Below are positions 49,950 through 63,861 of a stretch of DNA of 64,000 bases, in pieces. The position numbers were made by a program, and so were the translations under genes. Position 1 is the first letter of the stretch; each line of letters opens with the position of its first letter. The notes under the pieces are model-generated. The model did no database searches, was not told where the DNA came from, and saw only the letters and a list, made by a program, of their open reading frames with translations. The DNA is taken from contig OZ218959.1 of assembly GCA_965112735.1 (NCBI GenBank), forward strand, positions 2,418,001 to 2,482,000. The letters are read 5' to 3'. The stretch comes from Phaeosaccion multiseriatum (taxonomy: Eukaryota > Protista > Ochrophyta, other classes).

Positions 49950-52828
49950 GATGTTGTGGGGTGGAGATGCCACGAAGAAGCAAGCGAACGGAGAGAGTGG
50001 GGAGTGGTTTCCGAGTAGATTTGGGTGGAGTGCGTTCATGCCCACAAGCGAAGCGCACGATCGACCAAAGAGAGGAGTGGGATGGGGTGGGGTGGGGTGG
50101 GTGCACAATCAAGATCACGACATAATTGCCAGAGAAGAGAGAGAGAGGGGGGGAAGTATGTCAGCAGACACACGCTGAGGCACGGCGAGGAGAGGAGAGG
50201 TCGGGCGGCCGGGGGGGTGTGAGTGTTAGAGGCATATGGGCCACGCTATCCCTCAAGAGAGGGACTAGGTGCGAGGGGGCGGGGTCTTGAGGGGTTCTGG
50301 GGTATGATTCTCGACCCACCTTAACCTCTCATAATTTCCTACCTCACTCACTCACTCTCTCACTCACTCACTCACTCACTCACTCACTCACTCACTCACT
50401 CACTCACTCACTCACTCTCTCACTTACTCACTCACTCACTCACTCACTCACTCACTCATTCATTCATTCATTCATTCACTCTCTCTCTCACTCACTCACT
50501 CACTCACTCACTCACTCACTCATTCATTCATTCATTCACTCACTCACTCACTCTCTCTCACTCACTCACTCACTCACTCACTCACTCATTCATTCACTCA
50601 CTCACTCATTCACTCTCTCTCTCACTCACTCACTCACTCACTCAACTTACCCTCGAGCAATGTCTGCCAGCTGCCTGGCGGTGATGAAGACTGTGCCTGC
50701 TTGTCCCCGGAGACTGTCGGCAGTGGCGGCCATCCTCGTCCTCAGTACCACCTTATGCCACAGAGCATAGAAGGCCTGTACAGCAGTTGGTGATATGAGT
50801 AGAGGGTTAAAATGGAGAGTCACAGAGAAAGAAGCGGTTGTCATCGGGTTATCGGGGCATTGGGTCCTCGACTGCGGAAGGTCGACTGCGGAAGGAGCTG
50901 ACGGCTTCCCCAATGGGCAGAGGAAGGCACTGGACTTACTAGTGCCGCCTACCAGCGCTAACTCTGTAGTACTTCTCTCATCTTATCTGATCTTAACCGA
51001 TGTGCCTGCTGATGCTATACTCCGGCATAAACTGAAGCGGACAACCCTACACACGCGCACACCATACACACACGCTCACACACACACAACCACACATACA
51101 CACATATAGATGTACATGTTTTTAGCGCGAGTGCTTACCTGCAAGTCCGCCTCCCTGTCAGCAGAGGGACTCCAATGTCGCTTCAAATGACGAATCTGCA
51201 GGGGCAGGAGGCGGAAGGGCCCCAAGGGAGAAAGGGGAGAGGAGAGGGAGGGAGGGAGGGAGGGAGGAGAGAGAGAGAGAGGGAGGGAGGGAGGGAGAGA
51301 GGGAAGGAGGGAGGGAGGGAGAGAGGGAGGGAGAGAGGGAAGGAGGGAGGGAGGGAGGGAGGAAAAGAGAGAGGGAGGGAGAGAGGGAGGGAGGGAGGGA
51401 GGGAGGGAGGGAGGGAGGGAGGGAGGGAGGGAGGGGAGGGAGGGAGGGAGGGAGGAGGGAGGGAGGGAGGGAGGGAGGGAGGGAGGGAGGGAGGGAGGGA
51501 GGGAGGGAGGGAGGGAGGGAGGGAGGGAGGGAGGGAGGGAGGGAGGGAGGGAGGGAGGGAGGGAGGGAGGGAGGGAGGGAGGGAGGGAGGGAGGGAGGGA
51601 GGGAGGGAGGGAGGGAGGGAGGGAGGGAGGGAGGGAGGGAGGGAGGGAGGGAGGGAGGGAGGGAGGGAGGGAGGGAGGGAGGGAGGGAGGGAGGGAGGGA
51701 GGGAGGGAGGGAGGGAGGGAGGGAGGGAGGGAGGGAGGGAGGGAGGGAGGGAGGGAGGGAGGGAGGGAGGGAGGGAGGGAGGGAGGGAGGGAGGGAGGGA
51801 GGGAGGGAGGGAGGGAGGGAGGGAGGGAGGGAGGGAGGGAGGGAGGGAGGGAGGGAGGGAGGGAGGGAGGGAGGGAGGGAGGGAGGGAGGGAGGGAGGGA
51901 GGGAGGGAGGGAGGGAGGGAGGGAGGGAGGGAGGGAGGGAGGGAGGGAGGGAGGGAGGGAGGGAGGGAGGGAGGGAGGGAGGGAGGGAGGGAGGGAGGGA
52001 GGGAGGGAGGGAGGGAGGGAGGGAGGGAGGGAGGGAGGGAGGGAGGGAGGGAGGGAGGGAGGGAGGGAGGGAGGGAGGGAGGGAGGGAGGGAGGGAGGGA
52101 GGGAGGGAGGGAGGGAGGGAGGGAGGGAGGGAGGGAGGGAGGGAGGGAGGGAGGGAGGGAGGGAGGGAGGGAGGGAGGGAGGGAGGGAGGGAGGGAGGGA
52201 GGGAGGGAGGGAGGGAGGGAGGGAGGGAGGGAGGGAGGGAGGGAGGGAGGGAGGGAGGGAGGGAGGGAGGGAGGGAGGGAGGGAGGGAGGGAGGGAGGGA
52301 GGGAGGGAGCGAGGGCGGAAGGGACGGAGGTGTGGGCAGGAGAGGGAGAAGGCCAGAGGGGAGAGAGGGCAAAGCAGCTTGAGTGGCAACAAGAGAGGCG
52401 CAGAGAGAGTGGGGCCGGGCAGCTTGAGCAAGAGAAGAGGGGCAGGAGGAAGAGGGAGAGAGAGAGGAAAGAGCAGCGGAGCTGAACTGAAATGGATGGC
52501 AGCTGACGGACGCTGTGTGGGGGTGTGTGGCACGCACCTGCTCTAGGGAGGGGGGGTGCCTGAAGGCCTTTGCTTCCCTCATGGCCCCTTGAACCGCTAA
52601 CGCAGCTTCGCCGTCTCTGTCCAACTCACAGAAGACGCGCTGACGGAGGAAGGGACGAAGGGGGGGAGGGGAGGACGCAGGACTACGTTATTGAGGTAGC
52701 GGCAAGGAAGAGAGGGCGAGAGAGTGACAGAGACAGAGAGAGAGAGAGAGAGAGTGACAGAGAGAGAGAGAGGGAGAGGGAGAGGGAGAGGGAGAGAGCA
52801 ACAGAGACACAGGGACAGACAGAGAGAC

Positions 52829-52872
<44 letters not shown>

Positions 52873-54486
52873 GGGGAGGGAGAACAAGAGCGAGGGCAAG
52901 CAGCGAGAGTAGCATAGTGTTGCTTCCCCGCCACGCGCTCTCCTGTCCTGCCCGTGCTGATGCATGCTCTATCCTGGCGTACCCCTGCCCCTGCCCTGCC
53001 CATATGCCGTCCCTGCCCTGCCCATATGCTTCTTCTGCCTACAATGTATATGCCTTCCCCTACCCTTCCCTATCCTACCCATATGCCTTTCCTCCCACGT
53101 GCCTTCCCTCTCTTCCCTACCCTTCCCTACCCTGCCCATATGCCTATTTCTGCCCTGCCCATATGCCTCCCCTGTCCATATGCCTGACCTCGAGCTGTGC
53201 GTGGGTGGGTAGCATGTCCTCATCAACATCGATGTGTCGCACGTGCACGTCCATAAAGCGGGTAAAGGCCTCGTGGGACAGAGGGGCAGCTCCGGGGAGG
53301 AGAGCGGGCAGGCAGGGGGACAGGTAGTCGAAACAAAGCAGGCCCTTCCGAGGCAGCTCCCATCGCTTCTCCGGGATGGTGAAAGGCTGGGGAGGGAGGG
53401 AGGGAGGGAGGGAGGGAGGGAGGGAGGGAGGGAGGGAGGGAGGGAGGGAGGGAGGGAGGGAGGGAGGGAGGGAGGGAGGGAGAGGAAGGAGATGGACAAT
53501 GGATGGATGGATGGATGGGTGGGTGGGTGGATGGAGGGAGGGAGGGAGGGAGGGAGGGAGAAAGGGAGAAGGGGCGGCAGCGGTGCAGGATAAGCCACAG
53601 CGAGGAGGGAGGGGAGGGAGGCAAAAAGAACTGTAGGACTGACATTTCCGTCGAGAGTGACTGCGCTCCAGCAGAAGCGCTCGTCTGTCTTGAGGGCCAC
53701 TCCTGCTGACTTTGGGAGCTTGGACTCGAAGGTGCCCTGGTATAGAGGCATATGGACAGGTAGATGGTAGGTAGAGCCATATGGGCAGGTAGTTGTGATG
53801 CAGACAGCGGTATATGGGCAGGTAGATGGTAGGCAGAAGCATATGGGCAGGTAGGTATGTGGTGCAGACAGAGACATAAGGGAAGAGGCATACATAAGTA
53901 TACGTAAGCAGAGGTGCATGGGCCGAGCAGAGGGCAGAGCAGAAAAAGGAGGGGAGAGGAGAACAGAGGTGAGAAGGGGGGGGGGGCAGAACAGAGTTGA
54001 GCAGAGTAGAGCAGAAGCAGACGCATGCGGGCCTGCGGAAGCCCTTCAGCATCACCCCTTCAAGGTCCCGAAAGGGCGGAGAGGAGCTCTCGACCCCCCA
54101 CGCACGCACGCACACACCTGCAGTAGGAGTTTGACGGCGATTTTTCTCTCTGCCGCCAAGTCTAAGTGGAGGCGGTACGAGCCAGTGGGATTGTTGCTGC
54201 TGAACCACTCAAACAGTCGGCCCAGCCGAGCTTCTGTCTTGATACGATCGGGCTGAGTGGGGGGGGGGGGGAGGTGGCAGCAGAGAGAGGAGAGTCAGGC
54301 CGGTGGAGAGCCGGGAGAGGAGAATCAGGAAAGTTGTCGTATATCCATCCACCTCTTTATCCATCCGTATATACATACATATATACATACGTACGTACGT
54401 ACGTACATACATACATACATACATACATACATACACATACATACATACACATACATACATACACATACATACATACATACATACAC

Positions 54487-54517
<31 letters not shown>

Positions 54518-55758
54518 TACATACATACATACATACATACATACATACATACATACATACATACATACATACATACATTCATACATACATACATACATAC
54601 ATACACAGACTTACCAAGCTCAGCGACTGGAGGATGGCTCGGGCGTCTCTGGTGTCAGGACAGGCCATGCACACAGAATGCGCCACTTGCACACGAGAAG
54701 GTGGTAAGGTGAAGCACCGGATCAGCTGTGGACGGACGGACGGACGGACGGAGGGAGGGAGGGAGGGAGGGAGGGAGGGAAGGAGGGAGGGAGGGAGGGA
54801 GGGAGGGAGGGAGGGAGGGAAGGAGGGAGGGAGGGAGGGAGGGAGGGAGGGAAGGAGGGAGGCAAGGAGGGAGGGAAGGAGAGAGGGAGGGAGGGAGGGA
54901 GGAGGGGAGGAGGGGGGGAGGGAGGAAGGGAGGGAGGAAGAAGCAGGGAGCGAGGAGGGGGCAGGGAGGGAGGGAAGGAGGGAGGAGGGAGGAGGGAGGA
55001 GGGGAAGGGAGACGGTAGAGGTTAGAGAAGAGACACTTGCGAAAGCGTCACATGCACAAACATAATCACAACTCTTCCGTACGGATGTGCAGAGGGAGAG
55101 AAGACAGAGAGAGACAAGAAGAGAGAGAGCGAGAAGAAGAGAGAGAGAGAGAGAGAGGCATATTGAGAGAGAGAGAGAGAGGGAGAGCGATACCTTTCGC
55201 GCCTGCCTGTTGCTCACGCAGAAGAGGGAGAGTGCGATGTCGACGAGGAGTACGCCACTCCGCTCATCGTCCCTCTTTACGTACGCTCTCACTCGACACA
55301 AGAGATCCTGTTCGACCGACGGACAGACCGACCGAGTGGACAGGGAGGGAGGGGAGGGGAGGGGAGGGGAGGGGAGGAGAGATGAGGGTAGGAGGCACCA
55401 GAAAGTGGGGATCGTTGTGCATGGGGAGAGAGATGGCAGTAGATGGGCAAAAGGGAGGGTAGAAGGTGGGGGGGGCGAGTGAGAGTGGAACTGAGACTGG
55501 AACTGAAACTGAAACTGAAACTGAAACTGGAACTGGAACTGGAACTGAAACTGAAACTGAACCCCCGTGTATTACCTGGAAGTCTTGCGGACGGAAGCGG
55601 GGGAGAAGGACAGGACCGTGTGCTACAAAGAAAAAGTCGAGCAGGCCCGTCGAGGGGATGGTCCAACCCGAGGGGGAGGAGGGGGAGGGACGCATCCTCT
55701 CTTCGGAGGGGAAGTCGAAGGGGCGGCCGTCCATCTGGGCACAGGGGGGCAGAGGGAC

Positions 55759-55818
<60 letters not shown>

Positions 55819-56360
55819 CACAGGCATATGGGCATAGAGCACAACGGGGGGGGGGGGATGGCAGCCGACGAGGGGCAGGAGGGATTCTTTGAGCTCGAGT
55901 TACTTACGTTGATTGTCGATCATTGGCTGGCGCTGGTCGCCATTACAGCTAAAGAGTTGATCTATCCACCCATACACCCACCAACGCACGCACGCATACA
56001 CGTACACACGCACACACACACGTATACACACACTCACACACACACTCACCTTCCCATACATCCAGCACTTGCCACCCCTCTGACTTCGAGTGATGTCTAC
56101 GAGCTGAGAGAGAGATCAGAGTTTTGTTACAGAGAGTTAAGCTCAGTTCAGTTCATTGGCCCTTAGTCAATAAATCGATCCAGAGAGAGGAGAGAGAGGA
56201 CAGCAAGTACTAAAGTCAACAAACTGCAACGAAAACGGAAAGTGGAAATGAAATGAAACGAAACTGTAAACTCACAGCGCACGTACACGCACACAGGCAC
56301 ACACGCACACACGCACACACGCACACACGCACACACGCACACACACACACGCACACACGA

Positions 56361-56423
<63 letters not shown>

Positions 56424-59015
56424 CACACACACACACACACATTCGCACACACCTGCCGAACGATCATCCTGTGGGCCGCATCACCGAGGTCGAGGCGATA
56501 ATGCCCGCCGGGCTCGGTGGGGTCAAAGCTCGCTCCATCCACCCTCGGCACCTTACGCTGCTTCGCATGTGGGTCCTCTATAGACAAGTTGCAGCCATCT
56601 GTGAGGACTGTCATGGGAGGCAGCGAAGCGTAGGTGTCGCTCCAACAGCGGGCGGCTGAAGCACCAACACCATCATCATCGTCATCATCATCATCGTCAT
56701 CATCATCATCATCATCATCATCATCGTCGTCGTTGTCGTCATCATCATCATCCTCATCTTCATCATCATCGCTATCGTCAAGGTCGTCATCGTCCACCTT
56801 GTTGGCAGCCTCCTTGACACCGGTGGCACCCTTCTTCTCGTGGCAATCAGTACCCTCCTCCCCCTCCTCCCGCTCCTCTCCCTCCTCATCCTCCTCACCC
56901 TTCTCCCCCTCCCCTCCTACCCCCTCTTCCTCCTCATTCTCGTTCCTCTTCTTCTTCTTCTTGTCCTTCTTCTCCTTCTTGTCCTTCTTGTCCTTCTTCC
57001 AGCCACCATGTTTCGCATGAGGGTTAGGAGGACTCTCTGAGGCATCAGCCACCTAAAGAGAGGGACATGAGAAGCGAACCGAATCAGCCGCGGGGACACA
57101 CGCACACGCACACGCACACGCACACGCACGCACACGCACACACAACACGCACACACACACATATATATACACACACAACACACACACACAAACTGGCTCA
57201 AACTGGCTCTAACTGGCTCTCTGTCCAGTGCTGACTATCCGCGGCCCCTCAAAAGAGACACCACAGACCGCCTCACATCGCTTAAAGTGTGCCTATGACG
57301 GCACTGACGACAGCCATCCCATCGAATAGCAGGGCTTTAGCAGGGCCTCGTCAGGGCCTCGTCATCGCTTTCCCCTTCGTTTCGCTTCTCTCTCACCTTC
57401 TTCAGCGCCTTCTTCTTCTTCCCCTTGTTCTGTTTGGGTGGTGGAGGGAGAGTTTTGCCTCTCATTGTGAGCACCAGCAGGGCCTGGCGTCGAGGGTTTA
57501 GGAAGGAAAGAAAAGGGGGGGCACACAGGGGAGCGAGTTGAGCATCGGGAGCGTAACCGTATTGATAGGATCCGAACTACCCGAGGTAGAAGCTGAAACT
57601 CAAGCAGCTGAAACTGAAACTGAAAATGAAAATGAAACTGGAAGTGTGAGGGTAACCGCAGCAACCAAAAGCAGTCAGTCAGCCTACCGCACCTGACCGC
57701 CGAGCCTCCCTACGGGATTCACAGACATGTCGAGGTGAGTGAGGCTTTTGCACTTCAGCAGGGCGTCGACAAGGAGGAGGCAAGCGGACTCGCCGATCTG
57801 GGAGGGGAGGGAGGGAGGGAGGGAGGGGTGGAGGGAGGGAGGGAGGGAGGGAGGGAGGAAGGGAGGAAGGGAGGGAGGGAGGGAGGGAGGGAGGGAGGGA
57901 GGGAGGGAGGGAGGGAGGGAGGGAGGGAGGGAGGGAGGGAGGGAGGGAGGGAGGGAGGGAGGGAGGGAGGGAGGGAGGGAGGGAGGGAGGGAGGGGAGGG
58001 GTGGAGGGATGGAGGGAGGGAGGGAGGGAGGGAGAGAGGGAGGGAGGGAGGGAGGGAGGGAGGGAGGGAGGGAGGGAGGGAGGGAGGGAGGGAGGGAAGG
58101 AAGGAAGGAGGGAGGGAGGGAGGGAAGAGAGGGAGGGAGGGAAGGGAGGGGGAATGCTAGTTGGTGAGTCAGTTGGAAAACCCCGCAGCAGACAAGCTGC
58201 ACCCCCCCCATCAAGCACACACGTACACACGTACACACGTACACACGTACACACGTACACACGTACACATGCACACACGCACACACACACACTTACCCAC
58301 GGACACACGCACACACACACATACACACGCACGCACGCACGCACGCACGCACCGAATTGTTGCTGAGGCTTAGTCTCTTGAGTCGGTCGTTGGCGAGCAC
58401 GGCTTTGCTCAAAGAGCGGATTCCCATGCGTCCCCCCCCCTCACGTCCCCCCGCCCCGCCCCCCCGTCCTCCTCCTCCTCCTCCTCCTCCTCCTCCTCCT
58501 CCTCCTCCTTGGACCCGTCCCTCGCTCCCGAGGTTGTTCCAGCCAAGGTGCAGTGAAGTGAGCCCCTGTGAGCGCGTCACTGCCTCCGCGATGAGAGTGG
58601 TCGCCTCCCCAGAGATGTTGTTAAAGCTTAGGTCCAGGGTGGACAAGCTGTTGTTTGTCGTTAGTACCTGCATGTGTGTGCGTGTGTGTGAGTGCGTGCT
58701 TGTGTGTATGTATGTGTATGTATGTGTATGCATGTGAGTGCATTTGTGTGTGTGTGTGTGCGTGTGTTAACAGTAGCCGTAGCAGCAGCAAAGCCACTTC
58801 CCCCTCCCTCTTCGCCTCACCTCGGCGATGGCGCTGGCGGCCTGCGTTCCCGAGACGTCGTTACTTCTCAAACAGAACCGTTTCAGAGACACGCAACACT
58901 GGATTGCAGTGGATGGATGGGGGTGTAAGGGATGGCAGTGGATGACCGGGGGGGAAGGAGGGTGAGCAAAGAGGCAATGAGGAAAGGGAGGTAAGAAGCC
59001 GCGCACGGGTGTGCA

Positions 59016-59079
<64 letters not shown>

Positions 59080-59861
59080 GGGTGTGTGACTTGTTCTCTC
59101 ACCTCCAGACAGCTGGCGAGCCTCTCCAGTCCCCGGGGGCTGATTTTGCATCCATTGACATTTATCACTTCGAGAGGCATGCCTCCTTCCACGAGTTCGC
59201 CCAGGGCAGACACAGTCGTCAGCTGTGATAAGCGGTTGCCGGATATGTCCAACTCTTTAATCTGATGAGGAGGGGGGAGAGGAGGGGGAGGAGGGGGATG
59301 CAGTTTGAGTTTCGAAGACGTTTTGCAAGACTAGTCCATAGTCGTACCAATCAACCGATTGACATCACACCAAGTCGCGAACGACGTCACGTTGACTGCC
59401 ATCCTCGCCCCCCCTCTTACTCACATTTCTTTGATTCTCCAACGCCTGCAGCAAGTCTCGCACGGATTCATCCCCCATCCCATTGTTGCTCAGATCGAGC
59501 CGGTGCAGGCTCAGGTGGCATGTCGAGAGGAAGGCAACGAGAGTGTGCACACGCTTCCCTCCCAGGCCGAAACCGCTCAGATCCAGCGAGAGAGGCCCCT
59601 GCTGGCGGCCGTCTTGTACCACCAACTGCTTCCCCTGCTTCTGGCCTCGGATTGCCCCTGTTGCAGTCGAAGTCGACCTGGGTGATCGTACTCCTCCCTT
59701 CGTTGTTGTCGTCCCAACGCCCCCCTGTGTGGCTGTGCCGGAGTGGGAGAGGAGGGCAACGCTTTCATCGGAGGGCTTTAAGGGCCGTATCCAGGATAGA
59801 AAGGGTAGACTGGCGCTCGCCGGAGTGTCCTCTAGCGCTGCCTCTGAGTTTCCGGCGGGGG

Positions 59862-59903
<42 letters not shown>

Positions 59904-60550
59904 CAGTCTTTACAACCGTCGGCGATTCTTGTGTCATTTCTTCTACTTCCTCTCTTTTTCCTTCTTCTTCTTCTCCTCCTCCTCCTCCTCCTCCTCCCTC
60001 CTCCCCCTCGTCGATTTCCCGAATATGATCAAAGAGCGGGAGAGGGGCCAGTTGCATGTCCTATCATGAGAGGGGCGTTTCAGATTGGAGAGAGGTAGAG
60101 AGGCAGAGGGATAGAGAGGGGGAGAGAGGGAGATGGAGAAGGAGAGAGAGCGAGAGAGAGAGAGGGAGGGAGGGAGGGAGGGAGAGAGAGGAAGAGAGGA
60201 AGAGAGGAAGAGAGGAACAGAGCGGGGGAGCCAAGTGAAGTATGTCGGTGAGTGCAGGAAAGAGACGCCAAATGAGAGCAAGGGGGCCGCCGCGCCACTT
60301 AAACACACGTACAGAGTCAATCCAACCACCCAACCACCCACCCACCCATCCACTCACCAACATCCCCACCCACACACACACAGCCACGCATACACCAACA
60401 CACGCACGCACCCACCCCTTCACCCTCCTTTCACCCACCCGCGCACCCACCCACCCATCCACACAACCACACACACACACACGCACACACGCACGCACGC
60501 ACGCACGCACACACACGCACATGCACACACGCACACACACACACATACAT

Positions 60551-60641
<91 letters not shown>

Positions 60642-63600
60642 CACACACAGCCTCTCTCACCTCGCAAGCCTCCACATAGGCGGTTCGAGCCGTCCTCGGG
60701 CGGAAGGCATTGCTTCGCTTGGCGGCGTATATCTCAAAGATGCGATCCGAGGTGTAGTGTCGCGGCTCCTGCTCCGTTCCCTCCTGCAGCGCTTCGGCGG
60801 CTTCCCTTCTGCTCCTCGCTTCCTTCGCCCCTCCCCTCCCCCCCCCGCCGCTGCATCGCCCTCCGAGAGTCGCTCTTCCTGGCAGCGGTTGGTGGTGATG
60901 GTTGCTGCCCCAGTACAGCGGTTGGTCATCCTCAACGTCGTCGTCGCTGTCGTCGAGGAACACCTTCTGCCCCGTCTCCTTCCCTTCCTCCTCCTCCCCC
61001 CCTCCCTCCTCTGGTCGAAAGCATTCATCATCCTCCGCCCCGTCCCCCTCCTTTCCCTCGTTGCCTACGGCTCCTAATGATGCCCTCCCCTGTCGTCCCA
61101 TCTGCCCCTCTCCCTCCTCCAAGCCAAGACCGCCCTGTTCTCCCCCCCCCTCCAGGCCCAGCCCAAGACCCCCGAGGGGGTCGGTGATGACGGAGATCTC
61201 CTCCTCTATTCGGAAACCCTCCCCCCTCTCCTCCCTGTGGCTGGTCGGGAGGTGGCCTGTTCCGCTTCGATGAGTACCACTGTCCCAGGGGGGGGGGGCT
61301 CCGACGCTTGCACAGGAGACAATCTGAGTGAGGCGGAACAGGGGGCAAAGGCATGAAGTATCAAGCGGTAAGCTTAAAGCAGCCTTGATTGATATGTGCA
61401 AGCTCTCCTCCCTCCCTCCCTCCCTCCCTCCCTCCTTCCCTCCCTCCCTCCCTCCCTCCCTCCCTCCTTCCCTCCCTCCCTCCCTCCCTTCCTCCCTCCC
61501 TCCCTCCCTCCCTCACCTGCGGGTCAACGATAGTCATCGTACAACACTTGCGCAGCATGCAGGAATCGAACCCGCGGAAGGACAGCGCCAACGCAGCCGC
61601 AGCTGCACAGGAAGAAGAGTTGCCCAGGAGACCCCCTCCTCCCTCGTCGCCCCCCAGCCCCACCAACACTCCTCCGAGACTCTGCCCCACGGGTGCCTTG
61701 AAGAGCGAAAGGGCACTTGCCGTTACACTCATGCCAAAGCCGCCGCCCGGGGTCACTCCCCTCGGGGACACTCCCCCCGGGGTCTCCGCCCCCGAAGAAG
61801 AAGGAGTGGCATCGCCTTCCTGTCTTGTGCCTCTGCCTCCTCCTCCTCCTCCTCCTCCTCCTCCTCCTTCCTGCTGTGGAAGGAGTGCCCCCCCCCCCTG
61901 TAGGGTTTGAAGAGTCTCGTCTGGGGGGTCTTCTCCGTCGGCATTCAGCCGCTGCACAGCCTCCACGAGTTTCTGTAACGTCAAAGAGAGGTGAGAGGTC
62001 ATCCAAAAAGGAACACAGAATAGTTGAGGAGTAGTGCGGGGTACTTATATACGGTACAGAGTACGACAAGTTAGGAGGACACTTCGGAATGTGAGAGCCG
62101 AGCGGAGCCGAGCAGAGGATAGCAGAGGAGAGGAGACAGAGCAGAGCAGAGCAGAGCAGAGCAGAGCAGAGCAGAGGGAAGGAGAGGGAAGGAGAGGAGT
62201 GGAGAAGAAAGGAGAGCAGAGGAGAGCAGAGAAAACTGCAGGGAATATGAGAGCGGAAAGGTAGCAAGGCGAGTGGGGCAAGCAAGGCAAGATAAGGTCA
62301 GATAAGGCAAGATAAGGCAAAATAAGGCAAAATAAGGCAAATAAGGCAAGATAAGGCAAGATAAGCCAAGGTAAGGCCATATAAGGCAAGGTAAGGCAAG
62401 AGAAGGCAAGATAAGCCAAGATAAGGTTAGATAAGGCAAGATAAGCCAAGATAAGGCAAGAGAAGCCAAGGTAAGGCCAGATAAGGCAAGATAAGGCAAA
62501 AGAAGGCAAGAGAAACCAAGGTAAGGCCAGATAAGGCAAGATAAGGCAAAAGAAGGCAAGAGAAGCCAAGGTAAGGCCATATAAGGCAAGGTAAGGCAAA
62601 ATAAGGCAAGAGAAGCCAAGGTAAGGCAAGGTAAGGCCAGATAAGGCAAGATAAGCCAAGGTAAGGCCAGATATGGCAAGGTAAGGCAAAATAAGGCAAG
62701 AGAAGCCAAGGTAAGGCCAGATAAGGCAAGGTCAGGCAAAATAAGGCAAGAGAAGCCAAGGTAAGGCCAGATATGGCAAGGTAAGGCCAGATAAGGCAAG
62801 ATAAGCCAAGGTAAGGCCAGATATGGCAAGGTCAGGCAAAAATAAGGCAAGAGAAGCCAAGGTAAGGCCAGATATGGCAAGATAAGCCAAGGTAAGGCCA
62901 GATAAGGCAAAAGAAGGCAATATAAGGCAAGAGAAGCCAAGGTAAGGCCAGATAAGGCAAGATAAGGCAATATAAGGCAAGAGAAGCCAAGGTAAGGCCA
63001 GATAAGGCCAGATAAGGCAATACAAGGCAAGAGAAGCCAAGGTAAGGCCAGATAAGGCAAGATAAGGCAATATACGGCAAGAGAAGCCAAGGTAAGGCCA
63101 GATAAGGCAAGATAAGGCAATATAAGGCAAGAGAAGCCAAGGTAAGGCCAGATAAGGCAAGATAAGCCAAGGTAAGGCAAAGTAGTGAAGCAAGCATAGC
63201 GCAGAGGGCAGTGGGTGGGGATGGCAGTGGATGGGATGGCAGTGGGTGGGAAGGGAGGGGATGGCACGGGAATGAAGTAGTACCATACAACCTTGGCTTC
63301 CTTCTCTTCCTTGTCCTTGATCGTTTTGGCCGCCGCTGCCGCCGCTGCGGCCCCCTTGATGTGAAAGTCCTCCGCCAACTGCATGGTGCCCTTTAGAACG
63401 ACTTCATAGTCTCTGCGCCGAGCTTCGGGGTTGGGTTTGCGGTGGGACTCGCGTGAAAAGGCATCTGAGCTACTCTCCCCCTCACTAGCACAAGCTCCGC
63501 CAGGGGCAGCAGCAGAAGCAGCAGCAACAGCAGAAGTCGGTGGTCCTCCTCCTCCTCCTCCTCCTCCTCCTCCTCCTCCTCCTCCTCGTTCTCCTTGTTC

Positions 63601-63861
63601 TATTTTTTCTCCTTGTTTTTGTTTTTCTTGTTCTTGTTGTTGTTGCTGTTGTTGTTGCTGTTGTTGTTGTTGTTGTTCTTCTTCTTCTTCTCCTTCCTGA
63701 GAGGCTGACAGCTGATCTAGTATGTTCTTTGCCTTGCTTATGCTGTCGGGCCCTCCAGGCAGATCGAGAGATTTCAGCGCATTGTCGGCAGCCGCTGCTT
63801 TTGCGACCTCGCCTGCCGCTCGCCTGAAGTTCCCGGTGGCATCATTTTCTAGAGAGAGCAA
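47376..63861 (-). CDS. Large multi-exon RNI-like leucine-rich repeat protein (LRRC74/NLRC3-like); both ends uncertain
   Basis: LRR exons: [22 protein letters not shown] (59.4-59.6 kb), LDISGNRLS (59.2 kb), [34 protein letters not shown] (58.35-58.67 kb), [12 protein letters not shown] (57.7 kb). Later exons carry [14 protein letters not shown] (56.5 kb) and WKNAFNPFQ|[11 protein letters not shown] (49.2-49.9 kb). Minus-strand GT-AG sites are consistent. It may start upstream of the window edge or represent more than one gene. Confidence 0.7.
48462..49062. repeat. 23-bp minisatellite ATGGGCAGGCATGGATCAGGCAT, about 26 copies, intronic
   Basis: Nearly homogeneous units. A 23-aa periodicity appears in all three + frames of the ORF track. 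Confidence 0.97.
50343..50644. repeat. (CTCA)n/(TTCA)n tetranucleotide tract
   Basis: Direct inspection. It follows a minus-strand donor (GTAAGT at about 50650). Confidence 0.95.
51455..52309. repeat. Uninterrupted (GGGA)n tract, about 850 bp, intronic
   Basis: Direct inspection. Confidence 0.97.
54368..54605. repeat. (CATA)n tract
   Basis: Direct inspection. Confidence 0.95.
62283..63181. repeat. Pentamer-based satellite (ATAAG/GTAAG/AGAAG alternating with GCAAG/GCCAG/CCAAG), 10-bp period
   Basis: Direct inspection. It lies within a minus-strand intron (about 61973-63282). Confidence 0.95.

Noticed and set aside
51076-52624. (PPSL)n and (GREG)n ORFs of 436-488 aa
   Set aside because: Translations of (GGGA)n, which has no stop codon in any frame.
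62045-63290. Hydrophobic [10 protein letters not shown] repeat membrane-protein ORFs
   Set aside because: Read-through of the pentamer satellite inside an intron; open in several frames.
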